Assembly: GCA_964653985.1 (NCBI GenBank)
Contig: CAZZIC010000049.1
Span: forward strand, 1 to 23,851
Length of the DNA stretch: 23,851 nucleotides
Source: an uncultured archaeon
Lineage (GTDB): Archaea; Asgardarchaeota; Lokiarchaeia; Sigyniarchaeales; SOKP01
Direction: 5' to 3'
Part shown: positions 16,508 through 23,851 of the stretch, piece after piece
Layout: each line of letters opens with the position of its first letter
How positions within the stretch are numbered: the first letter of the stretch is position 1
The notes under the pieces: model-generated
What the model saw: only the letters and a program-made list of their open reading frames with translations
Told to the model about the DNA's origin: nothing
Databases searched by the model: none
Translations under genes and position numbers: made by a program

Positions 16508-17257
16508 TTAGGCAATTAATTTACTCATACGCTTGCAAAATTTTTTAGATATAATCAAACTAGTCTCAAAAGGACAATTCGCTTTAAACTGAATCACAGA
16601 AATAAAATTTTCATTTATTCCAGACAAGGACAAGATCCCAAAATCCTCTAACGAGATTAATTCCTTGATTTTATAATTTCCTGAGATGAATCTGCCCTCC
16701 AATAACCTAATAATTTCGGAAAGAACATTGGGATCCAAATAAGACACAATAACTCTTCCAGTTTGTGTTAAAAGAGCCGATGAAACTACAAAGGAAGAAA
16801 AAGTATGTAATTCATTAAACACTTGAATGATATCTCTTTTAATCTCATCGGAAACCAATTTCTTATTTTTTTCTGTGATTTCCTTTACATTTTTTTCGAA
16901 ATCAGAAAATTTGGACACCTCTCCATCAAAATTTTCCATCACTGATTTAATATCGTACCTATCTAAGAATTGAGCTTTAATTTCCCTCAATTGATTCCGT
17001 AATTCAACGAGGTTATCAGTACGGTCGCTAAATAGGGCAAACATGATCTCCTCATCTTCGACCTTTTCAATTTCGAAAATAAATCGAAATACTCCAACTT
17101 CTATTTCAGAGAGTTTTTCAGTTTTCAAAGTTTGCTTAACAAAGCTATAAATAGCGCTTAAAAAGCTACTGGTTAGTTTTACATTAAAAATATCTTCATA
17201 TGTTTTATAAAATAACAATTCTCCGGTAGCTTTTAAAATAAATATGTTCTTAATCAT
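16508..17257 (-). CDS. Tandem roadblock/LC7 (longin-like) domain protein
   Basis: N-terminal MIKNIFILKATGELLFYKTYEDI...FRFIFEIE and the second-half VVSSALLTQTGRVIVSYLDPNVL...ISLEDFGILSLSG both follow the roadblock/MglB pattern. The pattern is a hydrophobic beta strand, then G-x-L, then a helix, then a beta hairpin. Confidence 0.45.
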   Translation of the reverse strand: MIKNIFILKATGELLFYKTYEDIFNVKLTSSFLSAIYSFVKQTLKTEKLSEIEVGVFRFIFEIEKVEDEEIMFALFSDRTDNLVELRNQLREIKAQFLDRYDIKSVMENFDGEVSKFSDFEKNVKEITEKNKKLVSDEIKRDIIQVFNELHTFSSFVVSSALLTQTGRVIVSYLDPNVLSEIIRLLEGRFISGNYKIKELISLEDFGILSLSGINENFISVIQFKANCPFETSLIISKKFCKRMSKLIA

Positions 17258-17503
17258 CGTTTCTATGAAAAAAATTCTTACTGAATCTTTTTAGTATAAT
17301 ATTTTAGAAATAGTCTAATTATAAAAAATTTTATAAATAAATCTTGGGAATAATGGAAAAATCAGAAAATGATAATACACTTTGGAAAAGGAGAAGATAA
17401 ATTTTATAATCAGATGTTATAAAAGGCGTTAATGAGTGTTCTGAAAAGAATCAAGTAAGAAAAAAATCTCTATATTTGAAACAATGGCTAAGTTTAACAG
17501 AAT

Positions 17504-18265
17504 TTAGAATCCATCAAATTTAGCCCATTCGTCCTCTTCTTCCTCTTCCCATTCTTCCTCTCCCCATTCTTCTTTGGCAGCTTCAACGTAGTCTGTTGTT
17601 TCCTCTTCCGCTTCTGGTTCAAACTCGTCATCGAAAGATAATGCTTCCTCAAGATCTGAATAGGTTTCTTGAGCACTAACTTTAACCTCGGGAATCTCTT
17701 CTTCTTTTTCCTCCTCTTCCCTTTTCTCAACAAGCTTCAAATAGTCGCCATGGATCTTGATTGTAATTGGAGTTTCCTCCTGTAATAGTCTTACGACTAC
17801 TTCTTCACTACTTGAGGTGTCGTGAGGCATACGCATTACAACTGCCCTTGATCCTTCAAAAACTCCGCTAATAATTTCGACTGTGTCCCCTGTATGAAGA
17901 TATTCCGTGACGGATCTCGGAATTAGATGACGCATAATTGAGTTTAATCCAATTTGGGATATGATTCTCCCTTTGATATGAGGTACACCCTTAATAGCTA
18001 TTTGAACATCCCTCTTTTGAGGTGCTTCAAAAAAGATATATCCTGGAAGTAAAGGAGTAACTATCATGGCCTTAACATCGGGAATCGTATCCAAAATTCT
18101 AAATCTATAAAAGATTTGTTGCAAGACATTTGATTCTTGATTCATAGTTGTACGTACTGCAAAGATTGTGGTATCTATTTCTAATTCGCTAAGATCCTCT
18201 TCAGTTTCCTCCTCGCTGACCACATCTTGCTCTGGATCTTCCATCTCTTCTTTTTGTTCGACCAT
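17504..18265 (-). CDS. spt5: Transcription elongation factor Spt5 (NusG family) with unusually long acidic N- and C-terminal extensions
   Basis: NGN domain IFAVRTTMNQESNVLQQI...GYIFFEAPQKRDV...KGVPHIKG. KOW motif GDTVEIISGVFEGSRAVVMRM. The roughly 35-aa N-terminal tail (EEMEDPEQDVVSEEETEEDLSELE) and the roughly 75-aa C-terminal tail (EEEEKEEEIPE...EEWGEEEWEEEEEDEW) are both acidic. Confidence 0.8.
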   Translation of the reverse strand: MVEQKEEMEDPEQDVVSEEETEEDLSELEIDTTIFAVRTTMNQESNVLQQIFYRFRILDTIPDVKAMIVTPLLPGYIFFEAPQKRDVQIAIKGVPHIKGRIISQIGLNSIMRHLIPRSVTEYLHTGDTVEIISGVFEGSRAVVMRMPHDTSSSEEVVVRLLQEETPITIKIHGDYLKLVEKREEEEKEEEIPEVKVSAQETYSDLEEALSFDDEFEPEAEEETTDYVEAAKEEWGEEEWEEEEEDEWAKFDGF

Positions 18266-18483
18266 TTTACTTCCTCTTTCCTTATTTGAATTAAATATTT
18301 TTTTAATTTTTTAAAAATTCTTATTAGAAAATAAGCTCATAGATAATAAAGTATTCGTGAATTATAAAATTTTTGGTATCGATCTCTTTTTTTGAAAGAC
18401 ATTATCCTTGAAATTATGATATATGAGAACAATAACCAAGCAGTCTTTACCTAATTCAAGCAAGAACATCTAAGGAAGCATTT

Positions 18484-19269
18484 TTATAGGAATTTTATTT
18501 CAATTAAATCTTTTAAATCAGTAGTAAAATCATCTATAAACCTAACACGTTTTCTCCATTCACTAGCGCTTTGGAAATGTTTCAACCAATTTGAATATCC
18601 AATTTCTTTTATTTCAGAAATAAATCGATCCGGGGTCTCCCACTCAAGCCCTTCCACCTCTATATAATTTTTTGTTAAAGCATTATTCCAAAAAATTAAT
18701 GGCCATGTGCCATAAAAACCCGTGCTAGTTTTATTTTCCAAACTTAAGACCTTTTGACAGAGTGTTTTAGTGAAAATAAAGCACACAGAGATGAGATCCT
18801 TTTCATCATCAAATCCTAAAGTTTCTGAGCCTATTCTATTAATTATTGTTTCTGTATTCTTCTGGGTTTCTGGATGAGAATCAAATGCTCTTTTCGAACG
18901 ACCGATATGTAAATAATCATAACCAGAATGTTCTTGTAAAATATTTTCTACCTCATCAGGATATTCTAACACCCAGTGGACTAATCTATCAAAATCTACA
19001 TAAAATATCTTATTATTAGGTTCTAAGTTTTCTAATGTCGTTTTAAAACTTAAAATATATGTATCAACGACCTTATTACTTGGTGTTCCTACAATTATAA
19101 ACTCATTTTTGGGAAGTGCCCCTTCTAAAGCTTTTGCTGTATCTTCCGTACAAGCAATAATATTTGTAGAAAATAATCTCTCAATTAGGGGCAACGCTTT
19201 TGTTATTAAATCTCTTAGTTTTAGCTGGGGATCATGAAATGTAGAACAGAGAATAATTGATTCATTCAT
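18484..19269 (-). CDS. Hypothetical protein, possibly a nucleotide-sugar transferase-like fold (DxD-like VDFD)
   Basis: No strong family motif was recognised. KIFYVDFDRLVHW could be a DxD motif. Clean ATG start. Confidence 0.3.
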   Translation of the reverse strand: MNESIILCSTFHDPQLKLRDLITKALPLIERLFSTNIIACTEDTAKALEGALPKNEFIIVGTPSNKVVDTYILSFKTTLENLEPNNKIFYVDFDRLVHWVLEYPDEVENILQEHSGYDYLHIGRSKRAFDSHPETQKNTETIINRIGSETLGFDDEKDLISVCFIFTKTLCQKVLSLENKTSTGFYGTWPLIFWNNALTKNYIEVEGLEWETPDRFISEIKEIGYSNWLKHFQSASEWRKRVRFIDDFTTDLKDLIEIKFL

Positions 19270-19415
19270 TAGTTTGACATTTTTAATTATGATTTTATGA
19301 ATGAATGATTTAATTTACAATGATAAGTAAAATTAATCATTCTCCTTTTGATTTTTAAAATCTCAAGAGTTTGATAATGAAAAAAAATAAAATGAAATCT
19401 TAGGAGTCTAAAAGT

Positions 19416-20735
19416 TCAAGGTTGAGGGAAAGTCACGGCTCCATATGGCATGATGACTACTTTTGGAGTTCCCTTTGAAACTTTTTGAACATCTTTCTTA
19501 ACTTCTCCCATAACTTGATCTAAATCGCTTCTCATTTTAAATCCAACATTTTCAATCGGTTCAATAGATCCTAAGGAAGGAGAATAAATATAAGGTTTAA
19601 AATTTCTAATCATCTTCATTAGATCTAAAAATCCCCCGCTCTGATCGGGACTTCCCGCACTTTCGGTGACTTTTTTAACTAAAATCTTCATTGGTAGATG
19701 TCGCATTAAAAATCCCTTTATCTTCGATATCTCGGGTAAAGTTACGTCTCCCAATCCCTCACTTGCTTTTATTAAGTTAAGGATGACACCCCCTTTTTTA
19801 GTTCCATTTAAAGAATTCGACATACATTTTGTTCCCGCTCTAAAATCTGCTTCCAAAGGTGTTGAGTTGGTGATCATTAAATCAGCTTTTTCTTCTAAAT
19901 CATGTCCATAAATGTTTCTAATAAATTCTACTCCTTCTTTATGACTCTGTATTGGATCTCCACAAATAAGATTAATCATTCCACGTGAAGGATCAATCTG
20001 AGTATTAATTAAGAAAACTCTCTTTGTGGCAAATTGAGCCGTTTTATCGATTAACTGCCTCATTTTATTTTGTTCTTTAGTTGTTCCTGCCTCAGCCATT
20101 CTCTCAAGAGAGAGATGTTTCATGTGGTGTGTTTCACTGATCGTTTCCCTCCCAGCAACTCCTGGGATGATATTCTTTAAACCACCACCAAATCCGGCTT
20201 GTCCATGAGATTCGATGGTCGAAATTGAAACCACTAAGTCGGCTTCTGATACATATTTGTTTATGCTGACGGGAACGCCGTCTGGAGTTGTACCCAAATT
20301 TTTCAATGAATCAAGGTCATCAGCATTGTGGTTCAAACAATCAATTTCTTGAAAAACAAGTTTTCCCACTCTTTTCATAATTTCCTCTTCTTCCATTAGA
20401 CGATGAACTCCATTAGCTACAAAAAGTTTTACCATATCCAAATTTATGTTTTCATTTTTCAAGATTTTTATTAGAGGTTCAGTAATTGAAGCAACGGGTG
20501 TGGGTCTTGTCCTGTCATCTACAACAATAGCAATATTCCCATCTCTTCTCTTGATATCTTTTAATATTTCGGAGAATGGTTCCGTTCCAATGGGATCTTG
20601 TAATTTCTTTCGCATTTCTTCTTCTATATTCTCAATAACTGGAGGTGTTTCTTTATTTTTTAAAATATTTACATCCCAATCATTGGGTAGATCGAAACTA
20701 AGTTCACCATTTCCCCAAGGTACACTATACTTCAT
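19416..20735 (-). CDS. LarA-family protein (nickel-pincer-nucleotide-dependent lactate-racemase-like, DUF2088)
   Basis: IAIVVDDRTRPTPV matches VAIVVSDITRPVP. ANGVHR matches ATGLHR. GTTPDGVPVSINKYVSEADL matches GTTSRGTPVYINRLVAEADL. ESHGQAGFGGGLKNIIPGVAGRETISETHH matches EPHFFAGFSGGRKSVLPGVAGLETIRANH. Confidence 0.8.
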   Translation of the reverse strand: MKYSVPWGNGELSFDLPNDWDVNILKNKETPPVIENIEEEMRKKLQDPIGTEPFSEILKDIKRRDGNIAIVVDDRTRPTPVASITEPLIKILKNENINLDMVKLFVANGVHRLMEEEEIMKRVGKLVFQEIDCLNHNADDLDSLKNLGTTPDGVPVSINKYVSEADLVVSISTIESHGQAGFGGGLKNIIPGVAGRETISETHHMKHLSLERMAEAGTTKEQNKMRQLIDKTAQFATKRVFLINTQIDPSRGMINLICGDPIQSHKEGVEFIRNIYGHDLEEKADLMITNSTPLEADFRAGTKCMSNSLNGTKKGGVILNLIKASEGLGDVTLPEISKIKGFLMRHLPMKILVKKVTESAGSPDQSGGFLDLMKMIRNFKPYIYSPSLGSIEPIENVGFKMRSDLDQVMGEVKKDVQKVSKGTPKVVIMPYGAVTFPQP

Positions 20736-21093
20736 TTTTTTATTTAAGTCTTATTATTTTATTGTATTTTAATTATTGCTTTTATTTATTCTTATTATAA
20801 GAAATCAAAAATAGCATAGATTATTTTATAGGATTTTATTTTAATCTTTTAAAAGTTTTTACTTATTATCCCCTATAAGATAAGAGATAAGAGATAGAAT
20901 TCAAACCACGATAAATCTAGGGTTTTAGATTATACTTTTTATAACCTTTTAATAAATTTGGTAATTTTACTTTTCCTCAAGTTTCTCGTGAAACTGTTAG
21001 ATTTCTAAAAATCTATTCAAAAATCTCCTATTTGGTAAAAATTTTTAGATGAAACGAATTTTATAACGAAAAAATTAAATTGGAATAGGAATT

Positions 21094-21264
21094 TCAATCA
21101 AAACCACGATATTCTGGTTTCTCTTCTTCCTCTTTTTTCTCTTTTTTTCCTTCTTTTAAGAGATCCCAAGTACTATTTAAGCCCATTTCATCCAAATCGT
21201 TTCTTGCTTGTTGGACTTCTTCCTTACTTTTCTCTCTCTCTTTATCTTCTTTTTTATTTCCCAT
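21094..21264 (-). CDS. Candidate 56-aa highly charged small protein (MGNKKEDKEREKSKEEVQQARNDLDEMGLNSTWDLLKEGKKEKKEEEEKPEYRGFD), below the ORF-track size cutoff
   Basis: Own translation. It has an ATG start and a TGA stop and lies in an otherwise empty 700-nt gap. The Lys/Glu-rich composition could also arise by chance in AT-rich DNA. Confidence 0.25.
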   Translation of the reverse strand: MGNKKEDKEREKSKEEVQQARNDLDEMGLNSTWDLLKEGKKEKKEEEEKPEYRGFD

Positions 21265-21450
21265 AAGGAAAAATAGGGTAGTTTAAGATTTAAAATTTAT
21301 TATCTCCTTACATAGATTTGGTTCATAATGAAGAATTTTTTTACTGCCTTAGTAGAATATAAATATTCTTAGTATAAAAAGAAAAATTTGAAAAAAATCT
21401 ACAAGAAGGGAGTGTTGTTAATGGTCTACTCCTTTGTCATCTAAACTTTC

Positions 21451-21846
21451 TTAGATGGGAATGTTATTTATATCTAAAATGTCCGGGATTTTACGATTTC
21501 GATTTAACCAAGAAATCTCATTTTTCCTATATCTCCAAGTAATCTCCGCCTTTCCTAATTTATCTTCTATCTCGGATTCCCAATCCCAAGGATTGACTAT
21601 TACCAAATCTCCTTTTCTGATCCAAACTCGTTTCTTTATTTTTCCTCGGATCCTCCCGATTCTATGTTTTCCATCCTCACAGAAAACGCGCATTCTATCA
21701 TTCCCGTAAATATCAATTACTCTTGCAAACATTTCTCCCTTTCTTCGGCTAGGAAATTTTACCCTTGTAACGCCTTCTTCTGATCTATTTCTATTTTTGT
21801 ATCCCATATTAATCACATTTAAAAGATTGTAAAATATATTTCTCAT
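21451..21846 (-). CDS. eif1a: Translation initiation factor 1A (aIF1A/eIF1A, S1-like OB fold). The probable true start is the ATG at 21807 (MGYKNRNR...).
   Basis: RKGEMFARVIDIYGNDRMRVFCEDGKHRIGRIRGKIKKRVWIRKGDLVIVNPWDW...ITWRY matches eIF1A [38 protein letters not shown]...ILKY. There is a C-terminal tail ...IPDILDINNIPI. Confidence 0.85.
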   Translation of the reverse strand: MRNIFYNLLNVINMGYKNRNRSEEGVTRVKFPSRRKGEMFARVIDIYGNDRMRVFCEDGKHRIGRIRGKIKKRVWIRKGDLVIVNPWDWESEIEDKLGKAEITWRYRKNEISWLNRNRKIPDILDINNIPI

Positions 21847-21861
21847 TAATTTTAATTAAAT

Positions 21862-22200
21862 TTATTCGAATTTATCATCTGGTTTATATTCTCCTTTTAT
21901 GAACACGAGTTTTACCTCCTCTGAACCATCGTTGACAATGTTATGTGTTTCTTTAGGTTCTACCAAGAATACACTTCCAGCAGGAGCATCATATTTCGTT
22001 CCATCAATTATCATCGTGGCATTTCCTTTCATAAAATAGAATGTCTCATCTAACTCATTATGACCATGAGCATTTTCTCCCATTTTCTCGCCGGGTTTTA
22101 ATAAAATTAAGCCCCAATCTATACTGGGACCTCTCATTAGATATTTTACCCCAGAATCTTCATTCCTATATTCAAAATCTTTCTCATGAACTTTTTTCAT
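21862..22200 (-). CDS. Cupin-domain protein
   Basis: Two-motif cupin pattern: G(x)5HxH...E (KPGEKMGENAHGHNELDETFYFMKG) and G(x)5P...H..N (DGTKYDAPAGSVFLVEPKETHNIVNDG). Confidence 0.6.
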   Translation of the reverse strand: MKKVHEKDFEYRNEDSGVKYLMRGPSIDWGLILLKPGEKMGENAHGHNELDETFYFMKGNATMIIDGTKYDAPAGSVFLVEPKETHNIVNDGSEEVKLVFIKGEYKPDDKFE

Positions 22201-22394
22201 TACACTTCACTAAAAGAATTCACTCTAAATTAAAAGAAATATATTTTGCTTCTTATAAATTAATTACTGTAAATCATAGAAACTAATGAATTTTACCCTT
22301 ATAGAATTAAGTTTAAAAATTCAAGTCAAGAACATTGTTTTTGAAAGGTTTAGCCTTCAAACTAAGAGAATCCCAAATAATTGGTAACCCTTGG

Positions 22395-22910
22395 TTATAG
22401 ATTGTCCAAAATCGATTTTGTAAGGGTAATGAATGATTTCTGGACATTTTCACCTGTTTTTGAAGAAATCTTGATATAATCAACTAAATTGAGTTCTTCT
22501 TTTATTTCTAAGGCATAATCATCGGGAACGCCGATCTCGTCCTTTCTGTCCAGTTTTGTACCTAAAAATACTATTGGGAGGTTAGGATTCTCAGAACGGC
22601 ATATTTTCAACCACTGGTCTAAATTATCCAAGGTATTTGGTCTTGTCAAATCAAACATTAATAATGCTCCTTTAGCGCCTGTGGCATAACTTTTGAGAAG
22701 AAAACGGAATCTATCTTGTCCACCGAAGTCCCAAAGCTGCAGAGTGACTTTCCTTCCATTTATATCTAACTTTTTTAAAAAAAACTCTACTCCTATCGTC
22801 ATTTTGGTCGATTCGATGAATCTTCCCTCCACATACCTTCTTAGCAATGTTGTCTTTCCTACACCACCTTCTCCTGCTGTTAATATTTTTAGCACTATTG
22901 GTTTCGACAT
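22395..22910 (-). CDS. Ras-superfamily small GTPase, Rab-like
   Basis: G1 GEGGVGKTTL, switch-I T in TIGVEF (Rab-like), G3 WDFGGQDRF, G4 GTKLD (an NKxD variant) and G5 SSK. Confidence 0.85.
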   Translation of the reverse strand: MSKPIVLKILTAGEGGVGKTTLLRRYVEGRFIESTKMTIGVEFFLKKLDINGRKVTLQLWDFGGQDRFRFLLKSYATGAKGALLMFDLTRPNTLDNLDQWLKICRSENPNLPIVFLGTKLDRKDEIGVPDDYALEIKEELNLVDYIKISSKTGENVQKSFITLTKSILDNL

Positions 22911-23291
22911 GATATTTCTGAAATATTTGACAAATCTGTTTGGATGAAAAATAATAGATTTTAAAACTCGTTCTAACTAATCTAATTTTTATTACGTTTT
23001 TTGTATAAAATATCCCACTCAATTAATATTTTTGTTAAACTTGTTTTTTAATTTAGCGGGCTTCATTTTTCTAATGAGATTATAAGATTTTGTATCTGAT
23101 CTCTTCTTAAAATTACGAACTGAATTTAATATATTTATTTATATCATATACAAGAAACTTATATTTTTTAAAAATATCTTTCAATTCTAAAGTTGTGTTC
23201 ATAACACGAATAAGGTATATTTAAAAAATACTGAGGATACTTCTGATATAATCTATAGAGAAATAAAAATCTCAAAACTATAATCTTAAAA

Positions 23292-23747
23292 ATGGTATCT
23301 ATTGATTTGAAAAAAGAACACATGATTATTTTGGATGCAAACTTCATTTTTCTTCCTGCGCAATTTCAAATAGATTATCTTAATGAGATCGAGATGAATA
23401 TAGGACCATCGAGTAAATTTATTGTATATCAACAAATATTTGATGAACTCGAAGCTAAAAAGCATAGACTGAAAGATTCTCGAAAATTTGAAATGAATCT
23501 TGATTTAGGTGTACGTTATTTAGAACAAAATGAGTCAAGATATCAAATAGAATTTAAGAATGAAGTTAAACAAGATAAGGAAACCACGGACGAATTTTTA
23601 GTGAGAAAATGTGTAGAGCTAAAAAAATCTCAAAACAAGGTTTATCTCGCAACGAATGATGGCGAATTGCGTAAAAAAGCTAAAAAAGAGGGAATAAATG
23701 TGATTTTTTTAAGACAAAAAAGCTATTTATCCATCGAGCGAACTTAG
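23292..23747 (+). CDS. PIN-domain protein, Fcf1/Utp23-like
   Basis: N-terminal acidic motif IILDANFIF, and C-terminal YLATNDGELRKKAKKEGINVIFLR resembling Fcf1 VATQDKDLKRRIRKIPGVPIMYI. Confidence 0.55.
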   Translation: MVSIDLKKEHMIILDANFIFLPAQFQIDYLNEIEMNIGPSSKFIVYQQIFDELEAKKHRLKDSRKFEMNLDLGVRYLEQNESRYQIEFKNEVKQDKETTDEFLVRKCVELKKSQNKVYLATNDGELRKKAKKEGINVIFLRQKSYLSIERT

Positions 23748-23771
23748 AATTAAGAATTCTTAATAAGGGTA

Positions 23772-23851
23772 TTAAACCTTTTGTCTATCTAAGATTTCTC
23801 GTGTGAGGATTTCAAATGCTTCTTTTACGTTTTCTCCTGTTTTTGAGGAGA
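23772..23851 (-). CDS. 3' end (C-terminal 25 aa) of a second Ras-like small GTPase that continues beyond the window
   Basis: Own translation ...SSKTGENVKEAFEILTREILDRQKV*. The G5 SSKTGENV plus C-terminal helix is nearly identical in pattern to the 22395..22910 GTPase (SSKTGENVQKSFITLTKSILDNL). Confidence 0.6.
   Translation of the reverse strand, partial: SSKTGENVKEAFEILTREILDRQKV

Noticed and set aside
17494-17733. 79-aa Lys/Arg-rich ORF on the minus strand
   Set aside because: It lies entirely inside the Spt5 gene in another frame. Its basic composition is a by-product of reading the Glu-codon-rich (gaa/gag) acidic-tail region out of frame.
4795-22947. Many 60-110-aa ORFs listed in the track (4795..5019, 5786..5968, 7095..7361, 9119..9310, 10306..10533, 13841..14098, 13879..14082, 15518..15730, 15797..16006, 19666..19911, 20446..20772, 21455..21709, 22041..22286, 22693..22947, 22711..23022)
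   Set aside because: All are nested antisense or out of frame within longer ORFs that carry recognisable family motifs. They have low-complexity translations typical of AT-rich shadow ORFs.
1-23851. CRISPR arrays, IS elements, integrases and rRNA genes
   Set aside because: I scanned for regularly spaced direct repeats, transposase or integrase motifs (DDE, tyrosine recombinase R..HxxR..Y) and large GC-rich rRNA-like blocks, and found none.

Overview
The window is AT-rich (about 30% GC by eye), gene-dense, and carries no mobile elements, CRISPR arrays, rRNA genes or convincing tRNA genes. Its gene content looks archaeal with eukaryotic signature proteins, which suggests an Asgard-type archaeon. 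Specifically it encodes two Rab/Ras-like small GTPases, a tandem roadblock/longin-like protein, an Fcf1-like PIN protein, an Spt5 with acidic tails and an eIF1A with a C-terminal tail. The central feature is a tightly packed, co-directional seven-gene cluster on the minus strand (556..6801). From its 5' end it encodes a zinc-ribbon protein, an E1 with very high motif-level similarity to eukaryotic UBA5, a JAB/MPN (JAMM) metalloprotease and a UFM1-like beta-grasp protein. The UFM1-like protein ends ...DRGLVG-WYE, matching eukaryotic UFM1 ...RDRVG-SC. Next come a UFC1-like E2 (core ...MICHDH..., compare eukaryotic KICLTDH), a 459-aa protein with winged-helix-like ends, and an SPFH/band-7-like protein. 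I read this as a complete UFM1-type (ufmylation-like) conjugation operon in an archaeon. In it a prokaryote-style JAMM protease replaces the eukaryotic UFSP cysteine protease, and a candidate UFL1/DDRGK1-like winged-helix scaffold is present. The remaining genes are ordinary. Those I can place are an aldehyde dehydrogenase, a thioredoxin-fold protein, a DUF4140/DUF4139-family protein with a coiled-coil tail, an orphan ModBC-type ABC transporter without a binding protein, a ferredoxin-domain protein with an unusual Cys cluster, an acyl-CoA dehydrogenase and a LarA-family protein without larBCE. There is also a 5' acyl-CoA dehydrogenase fragment at the window edge, a short GC-rich structured intergenic element (16385..16507) and a 56-aa charged small ORF.
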